Shown in pieces: positions 44,428 to 56,800 of a stretch of DNA of 59,446 bases. Within the stretch, counting starts at the first letter, position 1. Each line of letters opens with the position of its first letter. A model generated the notes under the pieces. That model saw nothing but the letters and a program-made list of their open reading frames with translations. It had not been told where the DNA came from and made no database searches. The position numbers were made by a program, and so were the translations under genes. This DNA comes from Thermoguttaceae bacterium (GTDB lineage: Bacteria > Planctomycetota > Planctomycetia > Pirellulales > Thermoguttaceae): positions 1 to 59,446 of the forward strand of contig JAZNJF010000508.1 of NCBI GenBank assembly GCA_045577885.1, read 5' to 3'.

Positions 44428-45198
44428 ATGGCCGATAAAAAACTTTTCGGAAAAATCGCCGGAACCGCGTTCCAAGCCGTCGGAACCGCCGCGAACGTCG
44501 TCGGCGGCGCCGCCAATCTCGTCGGAACGACCGCGAGCGTCGCCGGGAAAGCGGTAAGCGCGGTCGGCAAGGCCGCGAACGCCGTCGGCGAAAAAATGAA
44601 AGACGACGCGCCGACCTCCGCCGAAACCGCGTCGCCCGACGCCGAAGAAGAGCTTGAAGTTACGACGCTTGCGCCGGAGCCTGACGACGAAGAAGAGGAC
44701 GACCGCCCGCTCCCTAAAGAGCGACTCCAAGGTCAATATTTCGATTTTAAGGTTTACCAAACCTTCCTTCTTAAGAAAAAACGACGAATCGATTACCAAA
44801 CGGCGCGGCGCGTTTGCTTGAAAACGAACGTTCCCGTTAAGCTGTCGTACTGCCAACGCGCGCTCGACCGCGCTCGTCCGACGGCGAACCGCGTGGGCGA
44901 CGCCGATTTAGTCGGTCAAGTGGACGGGTTGTCCGGCCTTGCCGGAGGTTACGCGATTTCGTTGGCGATCGGCGCCGTCGCGGCGCTCGACGGCGCGCCC
45001 GAGTCGCACTTTCAAATCTGGATCGAAACGGATAAACGCCCGGAAGGGGTTTTGCTCTGCTCGACCAGACACAAAGCGGACGTCGACGGAATTTTAAAAA
45101 CGTTCCTTAAAGCGCTTGAAAAGTTCGGCGCGCACCCGGAAATAACGCTCGACGGTCAGCCGCTCGAACTCCGCAAAATCACCCGCGCAAGTTTTTAA
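44428..45198 (+). CDS. Hypothetical protein with an Ala/Gly/Val-rich N-terminal repeat and a glycine-zipper segment
   Basis: GGAGGA SD. AVGTAANVVGGAANLVGTTASVAGKAVSAVGKAANAVG, an acidic linker, and GLSGLAGGYAISLAIGAVAALDG. Confidence 0.55.
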   Translation: MADKKLFGKIAGTAFQAVGTAANVVGGAANLVGTTASVAGKAVSAVGKAANAVGEKMKDDAPTSAETASPDAEEELEVTTLAPEPDDEEEDDRPLPKERLQGQYFDFKVYQTFLLKKKRRIDYQTARRVCLKTNVPVKLSYCQRALDRARPTANRVGDADLVGQVDGLSGLAGGYAISLAIGAVAALDGAPESHFQIWIETDKRPEGVLLCSTRHKADVDGILKTFLKALEKFGAHPEITLDGQPLELRKITRASF

Positions 45199-45389
45199 AA
45201 TATTCGTTACCCGTGTCTATTCCGTGTCTATTTTTTAAGGAAAACGGGGCGTTTTTCGCGTTTTTGCGCTTTTCGGAAAAGCGGCGAAAAATCGCGTTTC
45301 GCCCGCGTTTTTGCGGAGTTTAAACTCAACTCAACAAAATCGCGTTTTCGCCCTGTTTTTTTAACCAATGCACGCGAAAGCAAGAAAAT

Positions 45390-45436
45390 GGAAGACGCGC
45401 CCTCGGTTCCTCTAAGAGCGCGTCTTCCGGCTTTTT
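45390..45436. terminator. Bidirectional terminator
   Basis: 11-bp stem GGAAGACGCGC (45390-45400) with GCGCGTCTTCC (45418-45428), then GGCTTTTT. An A-rich stretch (AAGAAAAT, 45382-45389) lies on the other side. Confidence 0.7.
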
Positions 45437-45492
45437 AAATTCAACGCGTTAGAACTTTAGCGTTAGCGGTTCAACGTTTTATCTCTCAAAAT

Positions 45493-46413
45493 TCAAACGT
45501 TTTCGATTTCTTCTCGAGTCGGCAAGGACGGTTGCGCGCCGAACTTTTGGACGCTCAGCGACGCCGCCTTCGAGGCGAACGCGACCGCGTCGGTCAACGC
45601 TTGTCCCTCCGCCAACGCGACCGCCAACGCCCCGGAGTAAGAGTCGCCCGCCGCCGTCGCGTCGACCGCGTCGACGCGAAGCGCAGGAACCTTTTCGCGA
45701 ACGCCGTCCGACGTCGCGACGAAAGAACCCGACGCCCCGAGCGTTACGATCGCCGTCGAAACGCCGAGTTCGAGCAGTTTTTCCGCCGCCGCTCGCGCCG
45801 TCGCGTCGTCGACGACTTCGATTCCGGTCAAACGCGTCGCCTCCGATTCGTTCGGTTTAATAACCGCGACGTTTTTCAAGAGTTCCGCCGGAAGCGGTTC
45901 GCTCGGCGCCGGGGCCGGGTCGAGAAGGAGCGGAACTCCCGCTTCCGCCGCGATCTCCGCGACGCGAAGAACCGTTTCAAGGGGCGTTTCCAACTGAACG
46001 ACGACGCCTTGCGCCGACCGGATAACGTCCGCCGCCGCGTCGACGTCCGCCGGAGAAAGCGCGAAGTTGGCGCCCGACGCGACCGAAATTAAGTTCTCCC
46101 CTTGCGCGTCGACCAAAATCAACGCGACGCCGGTCGCCAACTTCTCGTCGCGCCGAATCCAAGAAACGTCGATTCCCTCGCGCTCGTACCCTTCGACCGC
46201 GCTCGCGCCGAACACGTCGTTCCCGACCCGAGCGATAAAAACGACGTCGCCCCCGGCGCGGGCCGCCGCGACCGCTTGGTTCGCGCCCTTCCCGCCCGGA
46301 ACCATCGCAAACGTTCCGCCGACGACCGTTTCGCCCGGCGCCGGTATCCGCTCCGATTTGACGACCATATCCGCGTTCGAACTCCCGACGACGACAATCT
46401 TCGGTTTCCCCAT
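45493..46413 (-). CDS. rbsK: Ribokinase
   Basis: MGKPKIVVVGSSNADMV, GGKGANQAVAAAR and DATAAGDSYSGAL (PfkB signatures). GAAGGAG SD before the ATG at 46413. The track's 76-aa extension is rejected. Confidence 0.85.
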   Translation of the reverse strand: MGKPKIVVVGSSNADMVVKSERIPAPGETVVGGTFAMVPGGKGANQAVAAARAGGDVVFIARVGNDVFGASAVEGYEREGIDVSWIRRDEKLATGVALILVDAQGENLISVASGANFALSPADVDAAADVIRSAQGVVVQLETPLETVLRVAEIAAEAGVPLLLDPAPAPSEPLPAELLKNVAVIKPNESEATRLTGIEVVDDATARAAAEKLLELGVSTAIVTLGASGSFVATSDGVREKVPALRVDAVDATAAGDSYSGALAVALAEGQALTDAVAFASKAASLSVQKFGAQPSLPTREEIENV

Positions 46414-46586
46414 TTTCACTCTCCTTCGGTCGTTGCCCGTTTTAACGATTTTGCGCCGCCCGCCCGTTTTAACGCAAGCCGTCGCGAAACCGTCCTTTTC
46501 GTTGAATCGAAGCGTCGTTTTCTCCGCGTTTCCCGTCGACGACGCGACGGCGAGAAACAGTCTTCTCCGTTGTCGTTCTTCGTCCG

Positions 46587-47561
46587 TTAATAATTCGGCG
46601 TCGGCGGGCGGAACTCCGCGACGTCGATCGAGCGGAACCACTCGACCGTCTTGCGCAACCCCTCCTCGATTTGCACTTTAGGTTCCCAACCGAGTTTCTC
46701 TTTCGCCAACGAAATATCCGGACGGCGGCGGCAAGGATCGTCGACCGGCAGTTCCTTAAAAACGAACTTCGGCTCTTTCCCAAGCGTTTTCCAGACGAGT
46801 TCGCCGAGTTCGCGGATAGTGAACTCGTTCGGATTCCCGAGATTCACCGGCCCGACGAATCCGGTTTCGTCCTCCATTAGACGAATCAGCCCGTCGAGCA
46901 AGTCGTCGTAATAACAGAACGACCGCGTTTGCGACCCGTCGCCAAAAATGGTGATCGGCTCGTCGGTCAGCGCCTGCCGAATAAAATTCGAAACGACGCG
47001 CCCGTCGTAAGGATGCATTTTCGGCCCGTACGTGTTGAAAATCCGCGCGACGCAAATTTTCGTTCCGTACATCCGAAATTCGTCCATAAAGAGCGACTCG
47101 GCGGCGCGTTTCCCTTCGTCGTAACAGGAACGCGGCCCGATCGGGTTGACGGCGCCGCGGTAATCCTCTCGCTGCGGGTGAACTTCCGGGTCGCCGTAAA
47201 CTTCGCTCGTCGACGCTTGCAGAATCTTCGCTCGACAGTTGCGCGCCAACTCCAACAAATTGATCGCGCCGAGCAACGACGTTTTCATCGTCTTGAGCGG
47301 GTTGTACTGATAGTGTCCCGGCGCCGCGGGACACGCTAGATTGTAAATCTCGTCGACTTCCAACGTCAACGGCAACGTTACGTCGTGCCGAATCAACTCG
47401 AAATTCGGCCGCCCGATCAAATGCGCGACGTTCGCCTTTTGACTCGTAAAAAAGTTGTCGACGCAAATGACGTCGTGTCGCCGTTCGACCAGTTTTTCGC
47501 AAAGATGCGAACCGAGAAACCCGGCGCCCCCCGCGACCAAAATACGCTTAATCTTTGCCAT
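46587..47561 (-). CDS. UDP-glucuronate decarboxylase (UDP-xylose synthase), SDR family
   Basis: [13 protein letters not shown] and YDEGKR. 324 aa, with strong resemblance to UXS enzymes. Confidence 0.9.
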   Translation of the reverse strand: MAKIKRILVAGGAGFLGSHLCEKLVERRHDVICVDNFFTSQKANVAHLIGRPNFELIRHDVTLPLTLEVDEIYNLACPAAPGHYQYNPLKTMKTSLLGAINLLELARNCRAKILQASTSEVYGDPEVHPQREDYRGAVNPIGPRSCYDEGKRAAESLFMDEFRMYGTKICVARIFNTYGPKMHPYDGRVVSNFIRQALTDEPITIFGDGSQTRSFCYYDDLLDGLIRLMEDETGFVGPVNLGNPNEFTIRELGELVWKTLGKEPKFVFKELPVDDPCRRRPDISLAKEKLGWEPKVQIEEGLRKTVEWFRSIDVAEFRPPTPNY

Positions 47562-47686
47562 TGCGTTCCTTATTCAACGCCCGCGCGACTCGTCGCGTCG
47601 TCGCGGGCGAAAAAACGTCGAAGCGCGCACCGCTTTCCCAACGAACCGTCGCGCTTCGTTGAACGCCGTTTCCGACGTTCGCGTTT

Positions 47687-47713
47687 AAAAGAAAAGAGGG
47701 CCGTCGGGCCCCC
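47687..47713 (-). terminator. Intrinsic terminator downstream of the giant gene
   Basis: On the minus strand: GGGCC-CGAC-GGCCC followed by TCTTTTCTTTT. Confidence 0.55.
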
Positions 47714-47848
47714 TTCGCTTCGTCGACGGATTTTTAACCGTCGACGGGGCCGCTAGTTAGCGACCGTTAGTTTCTCCGGGCGACGCGAGCCGAACGTCGT
47801 TTCCTCCGCTCGACTCGGCGTCGATTTTTCCCGAAAGCTCGCTTCGGC

Positions 47849-50800
47849 TCAGTCGCCGAAGAGTTCGCTCAAAAACGCGTCGTCGAACGCGGTTTCGTTC
47901 GTCGCGTTTTCGACCGCGAAGTCGACGTCGACCGTTTCGAACTCGTCCGCGCCAAATTCGGCGAACGCGGCGCCGAGCGCTTCGAAGACGACGGCGCGTT
48001 CGACGCGAGTCGTCGGAGCGGCGACGAGAGCGACGCCGGCTTCGACGTTCGACTCGACCGCGAGCGATTCGGCGATTTCGTTCCAAGCGACCGTTTCGTC
48101 GGCGAGGAGCGCGGCGCTAACCGCGATCTCTTCCGCTTGCGGCGCGACGTTGGCGACGGCGACCGGCGCGAGAGCCGAGAAGACGTTCGTCGTTTCGACG
48201 GTCAAGGCGTCGAGAACCGCGCTCGAAGCGACGGACGCTTCGAAGACGCCGAGTTCGTACCCGACTTCGTCGTTGTTGACGAAGAGCTTCATTTCGTAAT
48301 CGCCGGACGCGGCGTAAACGTGTCGGAAAACGCCTTGCGTCGCGAGTTCGTTGACGACCGTTTCGGTTCCGTCGCCCCAAACGACTCGCCAGTAAGCGAC
48401 CGGCGAGAAGTTGGAATCGACCGTCAACGTAACGAGCGCGCCTTCGCCGGCCGTCGCGACGTTGAACGCCTTCGGCGGTTCCGCGACGACGTAAGTTTCG
48501 ACTTCGGACCAATCGGACCCGTTCTTTTCAGCGGCGCCGACCGCGCGAATGCGAACTTGAACGACGTCGCCGACGTTGAAGTCGCCTTCGATCGTCCCGT
48601 GTTCGCCGGTCAAGGCGTTCGTTTCGATCCAAGCGCCGTCGCCGACGCGGTACGAAACGACGTATTCCTTCGCCGGGTCGCCGGTCGTCCAGAAGACTTC
48701 CAACGCGGAGCCGGATTCGTTCGAAACGGACGCGATCGTCGGAGCGGCGTAGCTTTCCGCGGCCGGATTGACGACGACGAACCGCGCCGTTCCTTCGACG
48801 CTCTTGCCGCCTTGGTCGGTCGAACGAACGACGAGTTCGTACGATCCGGCCGGGACGTTTTGCGTCGCGACGATCTTGTCGCCGTCGAGCGCGAAGTAGT
48901 CGGACGCGCCGAGGAGTTCGTACTCGTAAACGTCTTCGTCGCCGTTCGCGTCTTCGGTCGTCAAGGTCGCGACAACCGCTCCGGCGACCAACGTTTCGGT
49001 CGTCAATTCGCCGTTGAATTCGACGACGACGCCGGTCGGAGCGACGTTGCCTTGTTCTTCGTAAGCGCCCATGTCGATCGCCTTGCCGACGACGCGCTTA
49101 TCGCCCGCCAAGTCGGTCGTCAACTTGACGCCGTTCGCGTCGACCGCGAGTTTTTCGGCGCCCGCGTCGATCGCCGGCGAACCGACGGCCAACTCGAGGT
49201 TCCAAGCCTTCCAAGCGTTCGCCGTCCAGGAACCGGCGGTCGGAGCCGCGAAGTCGACGAAGTTCGGATCGGCGTTCGCAACGACGCCGACGCCGGAAAT
49301 CTTCGCGTTCGAAGCGCCGACGAGCGAGTAACGAACGTCCGCTTTCGCCGAACCGGCCAAGTAAACGTCGGCGGCGTTCTTCGCGACGTTCCCCGCGACG
49401 ATCGTGTTGACGACGTTCAAAACGTCGTTCGCCCAAACGCCGCCGCCCGCGTCGGTCGCGACGTTGCCCGCGACGGTGCAGTTCGTCAACGTCGTTTCCG
49501 GCGCGACTTGCGAACCGGAAGCGTTGGCCAACGCCAAGACGCCGGCGCCGGTTTCGGCGCGGTTGCCGACGATAGCGGTTCCGACGAGCGTCGCCGCCGC
49601 GAAGTTGCCGAGGCCGCCGCCGCTGTAGGTCGCTTCGTTGCCGGCGATCGTCGAATTTTCGACGTAAAGTTCGCCGCGGTTGTAAACGCCGCCGTAGTAC
49701 AGCGCGACGTTGTTCGCGATCGTCGAGTTGTAGACGCGCATAACGCCGAGGTTGTACAAACCGCCGCCGTAAGCCGCGACGTTGCCGGTGATCGTCGCGT
49801 CGCGGAGGACCACTTCGCCCGCGTTCCAAACGGCGCCGCCGGAGTAGTCCGGTCGGTCGTTGTCTTCGCGCAGCCAATCCCGCGCGTTCGCCGAGGAGTT
49901 CGTGATCGTCAAGGAGACGAGCGAAACCTTCGCGCCTTCGTTAATCTCGATAGCCGACGCGGCGTCGACAAAGCGGCAAGCGTCGAGGACGACGCCGCCG
50001 ACCGCGGACGCGTCGAGCGTAATCGACGAATCGAGTTCCAACGTCGAGTTGAGGTAGATCGTCGCCAAACCTTCGGCGAAGGAGACGGTCGATTCGCCGA
50101 GTTGCGCGGCGTATTCGATCGCTTCGCGGAGCGAAATCTTGTCGTCGGTAACGTCGACGACGTCGAGATCGGTCGTAACGACGGTCGACGGTTCCTCGAA
50201 CTGGAATTCGTAGGCGCCCATGTCGACGTTCGCCACCTTCGTCGCGACGCGGTCGCCGTCGGCGAGGTCGGTCGTCAGGGTCGTCGAACCGGTCGCGTCC
50301 TTAGCGTAAGCGTTGTTCCCGGCGTCGACGGCGATCGAGTCGTACACGAGACGCAGGTCGAGCGCGGCGCCGTTGGCGAGCGTTCCGTCGCCGTAGAAGA
50401 CCGGCGCGACGACGAAGCCCGGATCGACGTCGAGAAGCGAGTTCGTCGCGCTCGGTTTCGTTCCGATTCCTTCGGTCGACCCGACGAGCGAGTTCAGCAG
50501 TTTCGCGGAACCGTTCGAGTAAAGGTCGACGGCGGTCGTCGCGGAGTTCGCGGCGATAATCGTATTGTACGCGGTCAACGTTCCGAGGTTGCGAACGCCG
50601 CCGGCGGTCGTCGCGACGTTCGCGGCGATCGTGGCGTTGCGCAGCTCGAGGGTCGCGCCCTTGGCGTTCGCAATCGCGCCGCCTTCGTTTGCGACGTTTT
50701 GCGCGACGAGAGCGTTGGCGAGGCTCGCTTTACCGGCGAGGTTGTAAATCGCGCCGCCGAGGCCGTTCGCTTCGTTGGCGACAAATTCGCTCGTCGTCGC

Positions 50801-53800
50801 GTAGAACGTTCCGACGTTGGCGACCGCGCCGCCGTCCTTCGTCGCGACGTTGCCGTCGAACTTGGCGCCGGTCAGGGTCGCGGTTCCGGCGTTGTAAATC
50901 GCGCCGCCGGTCGCCGCGGAGTTCGCGGAGAACGTCGCGTCGGTCGCGAAGGTCGCGGTTCCGGCGTTGTAAATCGCGCCGCCTTCGGTCGCGGCGGAGT
51001 TCGCGGAGAACGAAACCGCGCCGGTCGCTTCGACGACGGACCCCTTGGCGTTGTAAATCGCGCCGCCGGTCGTCGCGGAGTTGCCGTTGAAAACGACGTC
51101 GCTCAACGAAACGGAGTAAGCGTCGGAGGTCGAAGCGCTTTCGCTGTTGTAAATCGCGCCGCCGGCGACCGCCGCTTCGTTGTTTTCAAACGAAACGCCG
51201 TTGAGCGTCAGTTCGCCGTAGTTGTCGATCGCGCCCGCGGAGGAAGTCGCTTTGTTGGAAGCGAAGGTCGCGCCGACGATCGTCGCGACGCCTTGGTAGT
51301 TGACGACCGCGCCGCCGTAAACGGCTTGGTTGCCGACGAAGGACGCGTCGTCGACGACGAGTTCGCCGCCGTCGTTGTAAATCGCGCCGCCTTGCGCCGT
51401 CGCGACGCCGTCGACGAACGAAACGCCCGCGAAGAGAGCCTCTCCGACGTTGTACAGGCCCGCGCCGTAAGCGGCGTTGGCGCCGGAAATCGCGACTTCT
51501 TCGCCGAAGAGGTTTCCGGCGTTGTAAATCGCGCCGCCGTTCGTCGCCGCCGCGCCGAGGATTTCGACGTTCGTCAGCGTCAGTTCGCCGCCGAGCGCGT
51601 TGTAAATCGCGCCGCCGTCTTCCGTCGCGGAGCTATTCTTGACGGAAACGTTCGTCAACGTCAGGTTCGCGGCGTTGTAAATCGCGCCGCCGAGGTTCGC
51701 CGAACCGTTTTCGAAGGTCAAACCGAAGACGGAGACCGTCCCGCGAGCGACCGTCGCGATTCGCGAGGCGTTCGCGCCGGAAACGACGACGTTCGCGTCC
51801 GTTCCGTCGATCGTCATCGAGCGGTCGATCGTCAGTTCGCTCGTCAGTTCGATCGTCTTGCCGTAAACCGACTCGGCGAAGGTGATCGCGGAACCGATCG
51901 CGTCGCCGCGCGTCGCGACCGCGCAACCGAGGTGTTCTTGCCAAACGAACGTCGTTCCGTCGGCCAACGCGTATTCGACGTTTTGCGCCAATTCGATCGT
52001 TTCTTCGCCGACCGCGACGGTAATCTTGCCGTCGGCGTAAGTCGCGACCGCGCCCGCCGGAATTCCGAGAGCGGCGTTTTCAGCCAAGACGAACGTTTCG
52101 CCTTCGGTCAAAACTTCGTTCAACTGCATCCCGACCGAACCGTCGGGGCCGACGTTGGCGATCGCTTCGCGGAGCGAGGTTTCGCCGTCGTACGGGTTAA
52201 CGACGTCTTGCTCGGTCGTAACGACGAGGCTCGGACGTTCGCGAACCGCGAAGTTCGTTTCGAAGACGTTGTTCGTTTCGTCGAGTTCGACAACCGAGTC
52301 GGCGGCGTCGACCGTCAGCGTCAGTTTGTATTGACCGGCTTCGAAGGCCGCGCCAAGGTTCCAAAGTTCGACGAACGCTTCGCCGGACGCGAGCCAATCT
52401 TCGACGTTGAAGTAGCCGGACTCGTCGCCGAAGACGCGAGTAACGACCGTTTCGGTTCCGGCAACCGCGTTTCCGTCGGCGTCGAGGCGAACCGTCTTCA
52501 ACTCGACCGCGAACGATTCGAAGCAATAGGCGTTCCCCGCGTTGCCGTAGCCGACCGCGAAGGAGACGTCCCAACCTTCGACGAAATCGCCCGTGTTGGA
52601 GAAGCCTTCGCCGCCGAAACCGGAGAGCGACAGGGTGAAGCCCGCGATCGGTTTTTCTTGTCCGTTAAGGAACGCCGAACCGTCTTCTTTGTAGAAGCCG
52701 AGGTCCGGAGCGGCGACCGTTTGGAATTCGAGCGCGCCCATGTCGACCGAGTAAATCGTTCCGTCTTTGTCGACGCCGATAATTCGGTCGGCGCCGAACG
52801 CGTCGGCGGTCAACGCGGAACCGTCGGTCGCCGTCGCGAACGCGTTCGAACCGGAGTTGAGCGCCGGGGAAACGACGGTCGGGCGACCTTCGGCGTCGAG
52901 GGCCGGGTCGACCGGGTTTTCGGTCGTTCCGTAGAACGAACGGGTTCCGGCGTCGAAGTTGAGCGTTCCGCCGCAGTCGTCCGCGACGCCGATCAAGCTC
53001 GCGTAAACGTTCGCGGTCGCGGAGCCGACGAGCGCGAGGTCGGTCGCGCCTTCGGTCGCTTCGTTCGTCGCGACGATCGAGTTTTTGAGGGTCAACGTCG
53101 CGTCGCCGACGTAAATCGCGCCGCCTTGTTCCGCGACGTTGGCGATCAACGTCGATTGCGTCGCTTCGATCGAGGCGTTCGGGCCCCAAGCGTAGAGCGC
53201 GCCGCCGAGCGTCCCGATATTTTCGGTAAAGATCGAGTTCGCGGCTTTCAGCGAGACCGCCGTCGCGACGGCGCCGCCGTATTGCGCTTTGTTCCCCTTG
53301 AAGACGCTCGAATCGACCGTCGCGGTTCCGTCTTGGACGTAAATCGCGCCGCCGTAGTACTCGGAAACGTTCCCTTCGAAGGTCGCGTTCTTGACCGCCA
53401 AGGAGCCGACCGAGTAGATCGCGCCGCCGTGGAAGGTCGAAACGTTGTTCGCGAAGGAGCCGCCGTCGACGGAAAGCGAACCGGCGTTGTAAATCGCGGC
53501 GCCGACGCCTTCGGTCAAAATCTTGTCGGCGAACGGTTCGTCCGCTTCGCTCGTCGCTTTCGTTCCGCTAATCGAAACGTCGACCAACGAGAGCGTTCCG
53601 TAGTTCGCGACGCCCGCGCCGATTTGCGCGACGGCGTTCTTGATCGACAACGAGGTCATCGTCGCGGTCGCGCCTTCGGCGACGACGAAGACGTTCGTCT
53701 TGTTCGCGCCGGAAACCGAAACGTTCGTTCGGTCGGACGCGTCGATCGTCAGGTCGCGGTCGACGGTAATCGCCGATTCGAGTTTAATCGTCGCTTTGTC

Positions 53801-56800
53801 GAGGTTCGCGGCGAACGTAACGTCCGTCCCGACTTGCGTCGAAACGTTCGCGGAACCGTCGCCGAGGAATTCGACGCGGCGACCGTTTTCGAGGTCGAGG
53901 ACGCCCGTAACGATTTCGTCGACTTGCGTCATCGCGACCGTCGAACCGTTTTCGCAAACGAGCGTTTCGCCCGCGACGAACTCGACGACTTCGCCGGTCG
54001 GCAGGACGAACGCGGCGCCGACGAAGGTCGCCGCGACGCCGTCGATTTCAATCGCGGCGCCGTCGGTCAAGCGCGCGAACGAACCGTCTTCGAAGCGAAC
54101 CGCGCCGTTTTGATAAACGCCCGCTTTGCCGTCGACGGTCAGCGTCGCGCCTTCGGCGAACGAAATCGCGTTCCCTTCGGCGTCGACCGCGGCGAGTTCG
54201 TAATAAGTCGCGAACGTTTCGCCGTAGTAGAACTCGGTTTGTTCGAAGTGTTCGAGCGCGATCATATCGCCGTTCGGCATAATAATCACGTCGATCGTCA
54301 GAACGTTCGGGTCGGAAACCGGTTGACCGCCGTTCATAATGTAATCGTAAGCCGATTCCGGCTTGACGACGTAGGTCGTTCCGTCGGCGGCCTCGAACGT
54401 CAGCGGATTTTCGCCGTCGTAGGTCGCGGTCGTTCCGTCCGGGTAGGCGACGACGCCGTTTTCGAACGTCATATAGCTCGTACCGAACGCGAACTTATCG
54501 CCGTCGCGCAACGTCGTTTGCGATTCGACGAGCGTCGCGACGTCGCGCGAAACCGTCGCGTTTCCATCCTTAACGACGACGTGAGTCAAATCGTCGAGAA
54601 CGTATTCCGCGCCGTCGCCGATCATAATCGTCGACGAATACCAGTAGGAACCGGCGTAAACTTCGACCGCTTCGCGGAGCGAAATCAAATCGTCGGTCGG
54701 GTCGACGACGTCTTTGTCGGTCGTAACGACCGTCGACGGGGCTTCGCGGACTTCGAACGCGGTCGTGTAAACGTTGTCGTTCGCCGCTTCGGAACCGTCT
54801 TCTTCGCCGCGTTCGACGATTTCGTCGTTAACGTCGAGCGAAATCGACAGCGAGTAATTACCGACCGGCAGGACGCCGAGGTTTTGGCGCGCGTAGGAAA
54901 CGAGTTCGTCCGCGTCGAGCCAATCGCCCGTCGACAGCCAATCGAAGTAATCCGATTCCGGTTGGTAACGGTATTCGAACGTTTGCGAAATCGTATCGCC
55001 GTTCGCGGCGACGCCTTCGACGACGAAGGAGACCGAGAACTTGTCGATCACCATTCCGGAGCCGATTTCGGCAAGCGTCGAGGCCGCGTTCAGGAACGAG
55101 AAGTCGAGGACGACGTCTTCGCCGAAGATATAGTAGTCCTTCTTCTCGCCGTCGACCGTCGCGTACCAGAAGTTCACCGGGTTTTCGGCGAACGTCAGGT
55201 TCGGCGCGGCGACCGTTTGGTATTCGAACGCGCCCATATCGATCGCGTAAACTTCGCCGTCGACCGTCAAACCGACGTAGCGCGACGCGCCCGCCAAGTC
55301 GACGTCGGAAGCGCCCGCCAAGGCGTTCGAACCGGCGTTGATCGCCGGCGAGGTCGCCTTCAACGAGTAGTCGTCGTTGAATTGCGGATCGACGCCGAGA
55401 AGCGAGCGATATTCTTCGACGAGAACGAGTTCGCCCGCGCCGACTTCGACGTTTTGCAACAGCGAGTTGCGGAGCGTAACCGTTCCTTCGGTCGCGACGT
55501 AAACATCGACGCCTTCGCCGGTTTCGCCGGTCGCTTTGTTGCCGGCGACGATCGTGTTGTCGAGCGTCGCGGATTCGCCGACGTAGAGAGCGCCGCCGTT
55601 CGCCGCGGAGTTCCCGGCGACCGTCGCGCTAACGAGCGTCAACGCGTTCGCGTAAACCGCGCCGCCGGAAACGCCCGCGACGTTGTCGGTCAAGAGCGCG
55701 CCGTCTTTCAAGGCGACGGTCGAGGCGTAAATCGCGCCGCCGGAGCCTTGCGCCGAGTTGCCGGTCAATTTCGCGAGACCGTCGACGGTCAGCGTTTCGA
55801 CGTTGAACGCGCCGCCGTCGTTCGCCGCTTTGTTGCCCTTCGCGGTCAGCGAGCCGCCGATTTCGACCGCGCCCGCGTAAACCGCGCCGCCGGAAGCGAG
55901 CAAGACGGTTTCTTCGACCGTCGTTTCGGTCGTCGCGTCGCCTTCGACCGGGGTCGTAACGACCGTCGTTTCGACGACGACCGAACCGGCGTTCGCGGCG
56001 TTGTTTTCGAACGTCGCGTTTCCGGCGAAGGTCGCGTTTTCGGCGTAAATCGCGCCGCCGCGACCGTTGGACGAGTTGCCGGTCAAGATCGCGTCGCCGC
56101 CGACCGAGAGGTCGCCCTTCGGCGCGGCGATCGCGCCGCCGAAGCCGTCGGTAATCGTCGTTTTGACCGTCGTAACGACCGTCGTTCCGTCTTCGAGCGT
56201 TTCGGTTTCCGTCGTTTCGGTTTCCAAAACTTGCGCGCCCGCTTTGTTGTCGGAAGCGGTCAACGCGCCGACGATAGCGACGTCGCCGTCCTTCGCGTAA
56301 ATCGCGCCGCCGGAGAACTTGGCTTCGTTGCCGGAAGCGGTCGCGTCGCCGCCGATTTCGACCGCGCCGCCGACCGCGACCGCGCCGCCGAAGCCGCCCG
56401 ACGTATTGTCGGAAGCGGTCAACGCGCCGACGATTTCGAGCGAACCGTTCGCGGAGATCGCGCCGCCCGCTTCGCCCGCCGAGTTGCCGGTCAAGGTCGC
56501 GGAACCGCCGAGCGCGACGTCGCCGAGAGCGACGACCGCGCCGCCCGCCGCTTGCGCCGCGTTGTTGGCGAAGGTCGCGTCGCCGCCGATTTCGACGGAA
56601 CCGTCCGCCGCGATCGCGCCGCCGGAGAGCCCCGCCGCGTTGTTTTCGGCTTTCGCCGCGCCGACGATAACGACGTTTTCAAGCGCCGCGATCGCGCCGC
56701 CGGAGCCCGCCGCCGTATTGCCGGACAAGGTCGCGTCGCCGCCGACCGAAACGCTCGCGCCGGAGACGATAACGCCGCCCGCGGTTCCGGTCGCTTCGTT

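Noticed and set aside
45211-45232. Tandem 11-mer CCGTGTCTATT repeated twice, just after the stop of 44428..45198.
   Set aside because: It is too short to interpret and may be chance or slippage next to a T-run.
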